Part shown: positions 28,973-37,790 of the stretch, piece by piece | Position numbering within the stretch: the stretch's first letter is position 1 | How the letters are laid out: every line of letters begins with the position of its first letter | Assembly (NCBI GenBank): GCA_030590945.1 | Contig: JAUVBY010000003.1 | Location: 1 to 62,365, forward strand | Source: Gammaproteobacteria bacterium | GTDB taxonomy: Bacteria > Pseudomonadota > Gammaproteobacteria > Arenicellales > Poriferihabitantaceae | Length of the DNA: 62,365 bases | Direction: 5' to 3' | Made by a program: the position numbers and the translations under genes | Notes under the pieces: model-generated | The model's database searches: none | Seen by the model: the letters and a program-made list of their open reading frames with translations, nothing else | Told to the model about the DNA's origin: nothing

Positions 28973-29158
28973 AGGGCGCCTCTATTAATTCTGGATGCGT
29001 CAGATTGAGACTCAATATTTCCAGGAGCAAGGTGCCATGTGATAGAAAAGACATGGTGAGTTATTTTATTGCAATGACTTAGTCACGCAGCTGTTGGAAA
29101 TATTGGACTCCCGGGAAAATCTGTTTTGGGCGTATTCATGAATTATTAGAGGTGCCCT
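28973..29158. repeat. 19-bp imperfect inverted repeats bracketing the eamA-sixA intergenic region
   Basis: AGGGCGCCTCTATTAATTC (28973-28991) versus the reverse complement of GAATTATTAGAGGTGCCCT (29140-29158): 17/19 match, hand aligned. Confidence 0.4.
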
Positions 29159-29657
29159 ATAGATCGCAGGGGCGCTGAAATATCACCAGGACAGGGTTGA
29201 GTAAATCGTCAAATTCGATAACCGCCACATTTGCGGTCGTCATCAATTTACCGCTACGTGTGAGCGGGGCATTCGGGCAATAGTGCATCAACAGGCCTTC
29301 CATGCCCGGGTTGTGGCCGATTAACATAATCGATTCATGCTGGTTTATATGTAGATGGATTAGCTGTTTTAAGGTGCTGGTAGAGGCCAGGTACATCGAT
29401 TCGAAATTATATTGCTCTATGCTGTTGGGGTCGAGGCCTGATGATGTCATACCAAGCAGCAATAATTGCATGGTCTGCTGCGTTCGCCGTGCACTTGAGC
29501 AGAGAATGACATCCGGTAACTCAAGATGGTCAGCCATCCATTTCCCTAATTTGCTGGAGTCATTTACGCCGCGTTTGTTCAATGGCCGTTCAAAATCGCT
29601 GAGCCCACCCTGGCTCCAGTCTGATTTGGCGTGGCGCATTAATATCAATCGTTTCAT
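29157..29657 (-). CDS. sixA: histidine phosphatase family protein (SixA-like phosphohistidine phosphatase)
   Basis: 166 aa. LILMRHAKS catalytic RH motif, CSSARRTQQT, and the later H box (MLIGHNPG). Confidence 0.75.
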   Translation of the reverse strand: MKRLILMRHAKSDWSQGGLSDFERPLNKRGVNDSSKLGKWMADHLELPDVILCSSARRTQQTMQLLLLGMTSSGLDPNSIEQYNFESMYLASTSTLKQLIHLHINQHESIMLIGHNPGMEGLLMHYCPNAPLTRSGKLMTTANVAVIEFDDLLNPVLVIFQRPCDL

Positions 29658-29870
29658 AGCTTATTCCCGGTCGCTATTCAGAGTTAAGCATTATTACACT
29701 AAACCGGGACAAGAACACTAACCCCATGCAGATCATATTTGTTGAACCCGATGCTATATTTGCTGTCTTGCGCATACTACTGTCCGGTTTAATTTTCGTA
29801 GGATCACGATAAACGGCAGTACAACACTGTTTGCAGAAGACACTTATGTTTAGAGACTTAAAACCTAAAT

Positions 29871-29975
29871 CCCGTTTTATCGTCATCCTCGCGTATGCGG
29901 GGATCCATAATACCGTCAGAAACAGGCTTATGGATTCCCGCCTTCGCGGGAATGACGCTATAACCGGACAGTAGT
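29871..29975 (-). repeat. 105-bp nested-palindrome (MITE/REP-like) element, copy A
   Basis: Its reverse complement matches 62185-62289 at 104/105 positions (hand alignment). It contains two related arms, CGTCATCCTCGCGTATGCGGGGATCCAT and ATGGATTCCCGCCTTCGCGGGAATGACG. A solo 14-nt terminal sequence ACTACTGTCCGGTT also occurs at 29776-29789, inverted relative to 29962-29975. Confidence 0.9.
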
Positions 29976-30017
29976 AACACATACAATAAACTAATGCTAT
30001 TAATTCCGGGATGCTGA

Positions 30018-30395
30018 TCAGCCCAGAGATCGGTATAATCGCATCATCAGCTGTTCAGCCAGAATGATCGTGATCACCACGACGATAAATGTGATCAGGC
30101 CATGTACGACACAGTGAAACAGGACGCGCGAGCCAAAGGCCTGGTCGATTGCTTCAAGAATGACTAATTTTGAGGCGAAGAGTGTGCCCCAGGTTGACAC
30201 GCCCCGGAGTATTTTAGCCTGCTTACCGGGTTTCTTCTTAAAATAGTCGGCAACACGGTGTTCGATTAAAATGGTTAGCTGCAATAAAACCTGCAGGAAC
30301 AAGGCGGCGAGTATAGAAATGCTAAAGCTTGCGATATAGACGTTATCCCAGTATTCATTGAACAGATTTAGTACGGTCAGATCGATCAGCACCAT
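30018..30395 (-). CDS. hypothetical small membrane protein
   Basis: 125-aa ORF with three or four hydrophobic helices, divergent from the AI-2E transporter gene. No family recognised. Confidence 0.45.
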   Translation of the reverse strand: MVLIDLTVLNLFNEYWDNVYIASFSISILAALFLQVLLQLTILIEHRVADYFKKKPGKQAKILRGVSTWGTLFASKLVILEAIDQAFGSRVLFHCVVHGLITFIVVVITIILAEQLMMRLYRSLG

Positions 30396-30699
30396 GTAGG
30401 TATGTCTAAAAAAACATTTGCTGGCGTTTTGAAATAGTCCCGGTCTGCTCGTTCGCGATAAGCTCGTTTATCTTTAATTTGGCCTTCATTGGGTTACGCT
30501 TCGGTTCTTGATTGGGTATGCGAGATTTGTGTCTGCGAGCAGATTATTAGGTAATATTTCGGGGATAAAAAAGTGTATTATCCTTTTGCAAATATGGCGA
30601 GCGAATTTTCTCGTTCGACATTGGCGGGGCAAACAAATAACACAGCCTGGCCGGCATCATAAATTCAAGTACACCTACCATACAAAGCCAGCGATAAAT

Positions 30700-31794
30700 A
30701 TGAATAAACCCAATAAATCGGATGAGGCTGTTACCCAGGCTATCGAAATTTCCATTCGCCTGGGACTCATCTTTTTAATCGTAGGCTGGTGCCTGATGAT
30801 CCTGACACCATTTGTCTCTCTGATTGTCTGGGGCGCAATCATCGCGATTGCAATTTATACGCCTTTTCTGGCTTTGACCGAAAAGATGGGGGGACAAAAG
30901 AAACTGGCAGCGACATTATTTAGCCTGGGTGGGATCGCATTGATTTTAACCCCGGTTATTTTTTTGGCGGCGTCTATGGTGGAAAGTGCAACGTCTCTGG
31001 GCACCCAGATCGCAGACGGTACGCTAAAGTTACCCGTGCCGCCGGAAGATGTTCGCTCGTGGCCTTTAATAGGAGAAAAGGTATATGGTTTATGGCACCT
31101 GGCTTCAGCCAATTTAATAGCGTTCGCTCAAAAGTTCCCCGAGCAAATAGCAACTATCGGTGTGAAATTGTTAGGCCTAGCTGCGGGCGTCAGTGGGGGT
31201 ATACTGCAATTTTTTATATCCATGTTGATCGCGGGTGCGTTTCTGTCAAGTGCTGATACTATGGGTGCAGCCTTGCAAAGGCTCTTTATTCGCCTGGCGG
31301 GTGAGCGTGGCGCACAGCTGGTGAACTTGTCAACGGCGACGGTTCGCAGTGTTGCGGTTGGTGTGTTGGGAATTGCAGTTATTCAGGGGATTTTAGCGGG
31401 TATTGGCATGATGCTCGCCGATGTACCTGCGGCCGGTTTGATTGCCTTCGTTGTATTGGTATTCGCGATTGCTCAATTGCCTCCCATACTGATACTAATT
31501 CCGGTTATTTTTTATGTGTTCTCAGCGTCCAGTACAATAGTGGCCGTCATTTTTATGATTTGGGCTCTCCTGGTGAGCATGAGTGATATGGTATTGAAAC
31601 CGATGCTGCTGGGGCGCGGGGTTGATGCACCCATGCTGGTGATCCTCCTGGGTGCAATCGGCGGTATGATTACATCGGGTATTGTGGGACTGTTTACCGG
31701 TGCGGTAATTCTGGCGCTCGGATACAAGTTGCTGCAGGCGTGGATGCAGGTAGGTGACGCCGGGGAGGTCGAGGTAGTTGCTGAACAGGAGTAA
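30700..31794 (+). CDS. AI-2E family (PerM/YhhT, UPF0118) transporter
   Basis: Polytopic membrane protein with the family's typical C-terminal region (...SMSDMVLKPMLLGRGVDAPMLVILLGAIGGM...GLFTGAVILALGYKL). I start it at ATG 30700 (MNKPNKSDE...) because the track's 64-codon upstream extension looks non-coding. Confidence 0.8.
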   Translation: MNKPNKSDEAVTQAIEISIRLGLIFLIVGWCLMILTPFVSLIVWGAIIAIAIYTPFLALTEKMGGQKKLAATLFSLGGIALILTPVIFLAASMVESATSLGTQIADGTLKLPVPPEDVRSWPLIGEKVYGLWHLASANLIAFAQKFPEQIATIGVKLLGLAAGVSGGILQFFISMLIAGAFLSSADTMGAALQRLFIRLAGERGAQLVNLSTATVRSVAVGVLGIAVIQGILAGIGMMLADVPAAGLIAFVVLVFAIAQLPPILILIPVIFYVFSASSTIVAVIFMIWALLVSMSDMVLKPMLLGRGVDAPMLVILLGAIGGMITSGIVGLFTGAVILALGYKLLQAWMQVGDAGEVEVVAEQE

Positions 31795-31828
31795 GCGATA
31801 AAACCGGGTATGGTATATAGTTGAAGCT

Positions 31829-33355
31829 ATGACGTTCCTTAGATTTAGCCTGAGCATCATGCTGCTGGCCTCTCTCTCCGCATGCACGCTGGGCCCGGAA
31901 TTCAAAAAACCAGAAGCGGGTCTGGAGGATAATTGGGCCATCTCCACGGGAGATGAGCTTGAAACCATAGCAATTCAAAACACAAAGTGGTGGGAGCTAT
32001 TCAATGATCCCGAGCTTAACCAGGTGCTGGATATAGCCTGGCGGCAGAATAATTCACTTGAAATTGCAGGCCTGCGCGTGCTCGAAGCGCAAGCCCAGCT
32101 GGGCATTGCAACGGGCAGTCGATACCCGCAATCACAGAATTTGTTTGGCGACGCCATTAGGGTTTCGCCGGCCGAGGCGACGGGAAGTGGTGAAAATTTC
32201 ACGGCCTATACTCTGGGCGCAAGCGCCGCCTGGGAGCTGGATTTCTGGGGCCGCTTCAAGCGAGGCATAGAATCAGCCGATGCCGTTTTTCTCGCATCAA
32301 TAGCGGCACGGGATCAGGTGCTGATCCTGTTGACGGCTCAGGTAGTAGATACTTATGTTCTGATCCGTATTGCTGAACAGCAATTACGCATTGCATACGA
32401 TAATGAGGAAATCCAGCAACGCAGTTATGAAATTGCCAGTGTGCTGTATCGCAACGGGGCTGACTCAGAGCTGGATATGCAGCAGGCGCAAACTTTATTG
32501 CTGGGTACGCAGGCAACGATTCCCGGCTTTGAGATCTCTATAAAGCAGGCGCGTAATGCGATGAGCACCTTGCTGGGTATGCCGCCGGGTGCAGTTGATG
32601 CCTTATTGACGGATGGGAAAAGCATCCCCGCGCTGCCGGAGAAAGTTCAGATTGGCTTTCCGGCAGATTTGTTGCGACGTAGGCCGGATGTACGTCAGGC
32701 GGAACTGCTGGCGAAAGCGCAAAATGCGCGCGTTGGCTTCGCCCAAACCGACCTGTATCCTCGTTTCAGCCTGATCGGTAGCGTTAGCCTGGTGTCGGGC
32801 GGTTCAGGTAGCAGCGATTTCGGGGATTTATTTAACAGCGATTCGCTAAGCTATTCATTTGGCCCATCATTTGTCTGGCCTTTTCTAAATTACGGGCGTA
32901 TCGTTAATAACGTGCGGGTGCAGGATTCGCGCCTGCAACAGGCCCTGCTTGCCTACCGGGAAACGGTTATTCAGGCCTCCCGGGAGGCTGAAGACGCCAT
33001 CGCTGCTTTAAATGGTACTCGCGAGCAGGTAGATATTCTCACCAAAGGGGTGGTTTCAGCAAAACGTTCCAACGAACTTTCAACCTTGAGATACAAGGAA
33101 GGATTTTCTGATTATCAGCGTGTGCTGGATTCTCAGCAGTCTTTATTCAGCCAGCAACAACGTCTGGTGACTTCCTATGGCGAGTCCACGCGTAGCCTGA
33201 TCGCCCTGTATAAGGCGCTCGGGGGTGGATGGGAAGACCAGGCTGGTCGGCCGTTAATTAGCGAGCAAAGCCGGGAGCTAATGAACGAGCGTATAAACTG
33301 GGGTGATTATTTAGAGTCGGACAATCTAGAAATCGATACTAAGAATCGGCAGTGA
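31829..33355 (+). CDS. efflux outer-membrane factor lipoprotein, NodT family
   Basis: 508 aa. Lipobox LLASLSAC. Duplicated OEP repeats and typical motifs (...GASAAWELDFWGRFKR..., ...ALYKALGGGW). Confidence 0.88.
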   Translation: MTFLRFSLSIMLLASLSACTLGPEFKKPEAGLEDNWAISTGDELETIAIQNTKWWELFNDPELNQVLDIAWRQNNSLEIAGLRVLEAQAQLGIATGSRYPQSQNLFGDAIRVSPAEATGSGENFTAYTLGASAAWELDFWGRFKRGIESADAVFLASIAARDQVLILLTAQVVDTYVLIRIAEQQLRIAYDNEEIQQRSYEIASVLYRNGADSELDMQQAQTLLLGTQATIPGFEISIKQARNAMSTLLGMPPGAVDALLTDGKSIPALPEKVQIGFPADLLRRRPDVRQAELLAKAQNARVGFAQTDLYPRFSLIGSVSLVSGGSGSSDFGDLFNSDSLSYSFGPSFVWPFLNYGRIVNNVRVQDSRLQQALLAYRETVIQASREAEDAIAALNGTREQVDILTKGVVSAKRSNELSTLRYKEGFSDYQRVLDSQQSLFSQQQRLVTSYGESTRSLIALYKALGGGWEDQAGRPLISEQSRELMNERINWGDYLESDNLEIDTKNRQ

Positions 33356-33365
33356 TGAATCTAAG

Positions 33366-33524
33366 CCGTATATTTCATGAATCCGTGTGATAATCGCGCA
33401 GTATGTTGGTTTTACAGTGAATTATTTGATTGAACGCCGTACTTTATGTGTACGGTTGATTGAAAAAAATTTGCTGTAGAATCAACAGACAAGCGAGAGC
33501 GCATGCGATTCATGAATTATACGG
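33366..33524. promoter_or_regulatory. structured spacer upstream of the HlyD-family gene (nested inverted and direct repeats)
   Basis: CCGTATATTTCATGAATC (33366-33383) versus the reverse complement of GATTCATGAATTATACGG (33507-33524): 17/18. Inside lies TTGATTGAA-cg-CCGTAC-tttatgt-GTACGG-TTGATTGAA (33426-33464), plus GTTGATT/AATCAAC (33455-33461 / 33479-33485). Confidence 0.35.
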
Positions 33525-33542
33525 GTTAAAAGGTATACCACC

Positions 33543-34667
33543 ATGACAGAAAATCAGGAAGCTAGCACAGAGGTTGAGAGCATTTCCACGGAGCGGGTAA
33601 AAGATCCAGTGCGTACCTGGACGTTCATCATTCTGGCGCTGGCCGCCGTTTTGCTGATCTGGTATCTCATTTCGGATCGCGTGACGCCCTACACTTCACA
33701 GGCGCGCGTGCATGCCTTGGTGATTCCGGTATCGCCTGAAGTTTCCGGCACCGTAATTTCAGTTGCCGTCGGTAATAATCAACGCGTGACAGCAGGGCAG
33801 GAACTGTTTCAAATCGACCCGAATCGCAACCAGCTTGCGGTTGAGGCGGCAGAGGCGGATTTGCAAACCGCGCGCCAATCTATGGGGGCTTCCGGGGCCA
33901 ACGTGAGTGCTGCGGAGGCAGCATTGGTCACGGCAGAGGCGGGTCGGGTGCGGGCAGAAAAAGATGCGGTCCGCCTGAGGCGTATTCAAAAGGAAGACCC
34001 CGGTGCTATTTCCGTTCGCCGTGTTGAGTCAGCAGACGCGTCCCTGACCGCCGCAGAGGGGCAGGTTGCAGCAGCTAAAGCCAATATCGAAAAAGCTAAA
34101 CAGGATCTGGGTCAGACCGGAGAGCAAAATTCGCGTGTGCTTCAGGCCCAGTCAGCACTTGATCAGGCCCGGTTAAATCTGGAAAAAACCAAGGTTCGGG
34201 CGCCGGAAGAAGGCCTGGTGACGGATGTGCGCGTGAACAATGGTAACTATGCCAATGCAGGCTCGCCGCAGTTAACCTTTATTGCGATCGAAAATATCTG
34301 GATACAGGCCGATTTTACAGAAAACAACCTGGGTAATATTCGCCCGGGCAATGCGGTGCGAATGGTGTTTGATGTGCTGCCTGGTCAGGTATTTACTGGC
34401 ACCGTGCGCGAAACCGGATTTGGCGTGGCGGTTGATTCAACCCCCCTGGGTAGTTTACCCACCATTGAAAATGATCGTGACTGGTTGCGTGCATCACAAC
34501 GTTTCCCTGTTCTCATAGATTTTGAGCTGCCCAGACGTGAAAATGGCACGGATATCCGGGTTGGTTCACAGGCTACGGTAGTCGTGTTAACCCGGGAGGG
34601 AGGCTTGTTTAATCTGCTGGCCAAATTTCAGATGTGGCTGAACAGCTGGGTTAGTTATGCCTATTGA
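33543..34667 (+). CDS. HlyD-family efflux periplasmic adaptor (EmrA/AaeA-like)
   Basis: 374 aa. N-terminal TM anchor, lipoyl/barrel-sandwich motifs (VSGTVISVAVGNNQRVTAGQELFQIDP), long A/E/Q coiled coil, beta-barrel C-domain. Confidence 0.85.
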   Translation: MTENQEASTEVESISTERVKDPVRTWTFIILALAAVLLIWYLISDRVTPYTSQARVHALVIPVSPEVSGTVISVAVGNNQRVTAGQELFQIDPNRNQLAVEAAEADLQTARQSMGASGANVSAAEAALVTAEAGRVRAEKDAVRLRRIQKEDPGAISVRRVESADASLTAAEGQVAAAKANIEKAKQDLGQTGEQNSRVLQAQSALDQARLNLEKTKVRAPEEGLVTDVRVNNGNYANAGSPQLTFIAIENIWIQADFTENNLGNIRPGNAVRMVFDVLPGQVFTGTVRETGFGVAVDSTPLGSLPTIENDRDWLRASQRFPVLIDFELPRRENGTDIRVGSQATVVVLTREGGLFNLLAKFQMWLNSWVSYAY

Positions 34668-35773
34668 GTTCGATGCCGCATAGTATCGGGTCATTAGCGC
34701 GCGCGGGTGAGCTCGCGACGCAGGAGCAAGTGGCGAGCCGTCGCATTTTTCGTCTGACATTGGGTGTCAGCCTGTCGTTGATATTTTCACAGGCGATCAA
34801 TTGGCCCCTGTCTTTTATCGCCCCGATATTCACCATGCTGATTTTGGGCTTGCCGTTGCCCGCGCCAAGCCTGAAGGCGGGGCTTAAATTTGTACTGGCC
34901 CTGTTATTTCCAGTCTACGTCGGGGCGCTCATTTTAATACCGTTTGTCGAGCATGCGCACGCGGTTAGTATTTTATTGATCACGCTCGCTTTGTTTGCCA
35001 GTTTTTACTATTCTGCGCGAGGCGGCTCGGCGATTATGGGCATGTTCATGACCGTTGGTTTAACCATTATTATCGCAGTCGGGTCGGTCAACCTGGACGC
35101 ACTGCTGGCTATTATAAATGGACTGGCGGTGGGCGCGGTCTCAGGGATTGTATTCGTCTGGGTGGCGTACGCGATATTACCGGAGTTGGCCATGGAGCCT
35201 GTGCAAGGTGCTACGCGCGTAAAGCAGGCGCCGCCATCAGCGGAGGCAGCCCGGAAAAGCGCGCTCAGGTCGATGTTAATCGTGTTGCCACTGGCGATCT
35301 TTTTTCTCTTCAGTAGTTCCAGCGCCGCCTATGTCGCCATTATGATCAAGGTGGCTACAATGGGCCAGCAGGCGAACTCGGATGACAGTCACCAAATGGG
35401 CCGCGATCAGATTGAATCAACCCTGTGGGGAGGCCTGGCTGCCATTGTTGCCTGGCAGCTGATGAGTATCTGGCCATCATTGTTGATGTATAGCCTTGTG
35501 ATTGTTTTATCAGGGCTGCTATTTGGTCCGAAAATATTTGCTGGAAAAGGTATGCATCCCAGGGCGAGCATGTGGTCCTATGCTTTTATTACTATGATTA
35601 TAGTGTTGGCCCCGGCTTTACTGGATGGGCAATCAGCGGATGGTGCCAGTATGGCTTTTTTCAGTCGTTTACTACTGTTCGTTATTATCGCGCTATACGG
35701 CTCGGTAGTGATCACTATTTTCGATGCGTTCTGGCCATTCAATAAAGAATCGCAAGCAAGCAATGCTATTTAA
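34664..35773 (+). CDS. inner-membrane protein, DUF2955/FUSC-like partner of the HlyD adaptor
   Basis: 369 aa, polytopic. Its start overlaps the HlyD stop (TTG 34664; in-frame ATG at 34673). The family name is assigned from memory of similar HlyD-adjacent genes and is not verified. Confidence 0.5.
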   Translation: MSSMPHSIGSLARAGELATQEQVASRRIFRLTLGVSLSLIFSQAINWPLSFIAPIFTMLILGLPLPAPSLKAGLKFVLALLFPVYVGALILIPFVEHAHAVSILLITLALFASFYYSARGGSAIMGMFMTVGLTIIIAVGSVNLDALLAIINGLAVGAVSGIVFVWVAYAILPELAMEPVQGATRVKQAPPSAEAARKSALRSMLIVLPLAIFFLFSSSSAAYVAIMIKVATMGQQANSDDSHQMGRDQIESTLWGGLAAIVAWQLMSIWPSLLMYSLVIVLSGLLFGPKIFAGKGMHPRASMWSYAFITMIIVLAPALLDGQSADGASMAFFSRLLLFVIIALYGSVVITIFDAFWPFNKESQASNAI

Positions 35774-35789
35774 TGTTCGGAGTTAAATT

Positions 35790-36218
35790 ATGTTGATCAA
35801 TATGTTCCTGGGTTTACCAACCATGGTTATTTGCCTGATATTGCAGGTTATGTGGCTTATTCTGATGATTCGCTACTACGTGGCTCATAGAAGCTCGCTG
35901 GACGAACATTCCATCTGGCCCAGCTTGTTGCTGATCTCCATGGTCATGATGATACTGGTGTTGGGCAACCTGGCTCAAATTGCCATATGGGCATTGTTGT
36001 TTCAATTTCTGGGTGAATTCCAGCGCTTTGATCTGGCATTTTATCATTCAGCGGTGAACTTTGGTTCGCTGGGATATGGTGATATTGTGATGTCAGATCG
36101 GCATAAATTACTGGGTGCGCTGGAAGCCATCAACGGTGTATTGATGATTGGTGTCTCAACCGCTGCATTGATGGCACCCTTTAAAAAAGCGCTCCAGAGA
36201 GCGATAGATAAGGAGTAA
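35790..36218 (+). CDS. minimal potassium-channel family protein (pore module only)
   Basis: 142 aa. Hydrophobic helices flank a pore-helix/selectivity-filter sequence NFGSLGYGDIV. No cytoplasmic regulatory domain. Confidence 0.7.
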   Translation: MLINMFLGLPTMVICLILQVMWLILMIRYYVAHRSSLDEHSIWPSLLLISMVMMILVLGNLAQIAIWALLFQFLGEFQRFDLAFYHSAVNFGSLGYGDIVMSDRHKLLGALEAINGVLMIGVSTAALMAPFKKALQRAIDKE

Positions 36219-36285
36219 GAAAGATTGAGAATTGTTTTGATCAATCTGGATATATCAGTCTAGCTTGAGCCGAAATTCAGCGAAC

Positions 36286-37140
36286 TCAATCAACAAACAG
36301 AGGGAAACCCAGGTTAAGGGTGATGCCTCGTAAGTTTTCTCCATATGCCAGCGATATCCCAAGCCGTTGTATCGGAAAACCAAGAACGCGACGGGGTTGA
36401 TCCAGTCCTGCTGTCAAGCCCAGGTATAGCAAATTTTTTGCATCGACGTGCTCACCACTAAATCTTCGAATACCAATATCCGGCAGGTACGCCTGCAGTT
36501 GTGTGTAAACGCTTAAAGATACGGCCCGGTTTGCGACTCGCGTGGGTGTCGCAAATTCCCAGTCGAGGCCGGTTTCCAGTAAAACGAAGCCCTGATCTAT
36601 TTTCAGGTCATAATTATACTGCCCGGCAGCCCTGGCCCGGGTTCCCCAGGACAAGGTATTGCCGTCCATTTTCCAGCGCCTTAGGCCACGCAGGTTTGCG
36701 CTGTAGATAGCCGTTGTGGTGTTGAGGCTGAAATCACGCGCTACGCCCAGCTGTACCGAGGGTGTTACCTGCCAGTTCAAGCCCGGATGAAAATCCCAGG
36801 CCAGGCCGGGCATGACGCTGACCGAGTGAAGCTTATCGGGCAATCCATCTCCCAGATCGAATAATTCAGCGAATTCGGTTTTGCGTAAGCCCAGCGTGAC
36901 GGGCAATAACCAGCGAAACCGCTTTTCGGGGTTCGATTTAGCAAGTGCATCTTCCAGTGAAAATTTGAATACAAAGGCGCGTTCTGCCCCGGCTTCATAG
37001 AATCCTGTGCCCAGAAGTGGTGCGTAAATGTAGCTCAGGTTAACCGGGATTTCTTCTTGATCGACTTCGGCAGCGTTAATCGAAAATACGCATAAAAGCG
37101 ATGCAAGAAGGGCAAAGCTCGCTCGCAGTAGCTTGTACAT
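36286..37140 (-). CDS. predicted outer-membrane beta-barrel protein, unknown family
   Basis: 284 aa. Signal peptide (MYKLLRASFALLASLLCVFSINA/AE). Alternating hydrophobic/polar beta-strand pattern with aromatic girdle residues. Last gene of the pqi transcription unit. Confidence 0.5.
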   Translation of the reverse strand: MYKLLRASFALLASLLCVFSINAAEVDQEEIPVNLSYIYAPLLGTGFYEAGAERAFVFKFSLEDALAKSNPEKRFRWLLPVTLGLRKTEFAELFDLGDGLPDKLHSVSVMPGLAWDFHPGLNWQVTPSVQLGVARDFSLNTTTAIYSANLRGLRRWKMDGNTLSWGTRARAAGQYNYDLKIDQGFVLLETGLDWEFATPTRVANRAVSLSVYTQLQAYLPDIGIRRFSGEHVDAKNLLYLGLTAGLDQPRRVLGFPIQRLGISLAYGENLRGITLNLGFPLFVD

Positions 37141-37165
37141 ACAATAATTTATTGCGTAGCTAATT

Positions 37166-37783
37166 CTAGTTGGAAGCGCTTGTCATTTTGCCCAGTTCCA
37201 GCGCGATTTCTTCACTGAGGCTTGCCAGAGCCAGGCTCATATTTCTGGTGATAGCCTCATATCCCGTGCCAGCGGAAGGCTGGGTAATGGATGTTTCACG
37301 AATAACTGCTATTTTATGCGTACGATCCCCCTGGATGCCCCAGCTGGCATTGAGCTGGACTTCACCCGCGGGATCGCTGTCAAACCGCGTTATTTTAAGT
37401 AATACGTGAAACTCGGCTTCCGCATCTGACCAGGGGCGCGCGATCGGGTGCGTAGCCGGGAGCAGCCGGGAAAGATTGGTGGCGAGGATATTGGCTATAT
37501 TGCTCTCAATGGGTTCTGCCCAGTGGTCCAGCTCGGTCAGGATCAGGCGAGTTTGCCCGCTGCGCGTCACAATCTGGTTGCGTTCCAGGTAAGCCGCAAC
37601 CTCAACCGGTCCGATGCCTACAATCACTCTGGCAGTCTTATTTGCCGGCGGCGTGCCAGGCGGTACTTCCGCGCTGAGGGTGTAAAACTTTGTCGGAGGC
37701 GTTGTGCCACATGCTGCCAGTAGCCAGATGGCCATCAATAGCATAATTATTTTTAGAGTTGGTCTTCTCATCATTGCTTTCAT
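37166..37783 (-). CDS. pqiC: PqiC/YmbA-family lipoprotein (membrane integrity-associated transporter subunit)
   Basis: 205 aa. Lipobox WLLAAC followed by ...TKFYTLSA..., typical of the DUF330/PqiC family. Immediately downstream of pqiB. Confidence 0.8.
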   Translation of the reverse strand: MKAMMRRPTLKIIMLLMAIWLLAACGTTPPTKFYTLSAEVPPGTPPANKTARVIVGIGPVEVAAYLERNQIVTRSGQTRLILTELDHWAEPIESNIANILATNLSRLLPATHPIARPWSDAEAEFHVLLKITRFDSDPAGEVQLNASWGIQGDRTHKIAVIRETSITQPSAGTGYEAITRNMSLALASLSEEIALELGKMTSASN

Positions 37784-37790
37784 CAGTATA

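Noticed and set aside
29674-29982. 102-aa minus-strand ORF (…SFPRRRESISLFLTVLWIPAYARMTIKRD…)
   Set aside because: It is created by the 105-bp palindromic repeat and its flanks. The same repeat at 62185-62289 is not embedded in a comparable ORF, so it is a translation artefact of a non-coding element.
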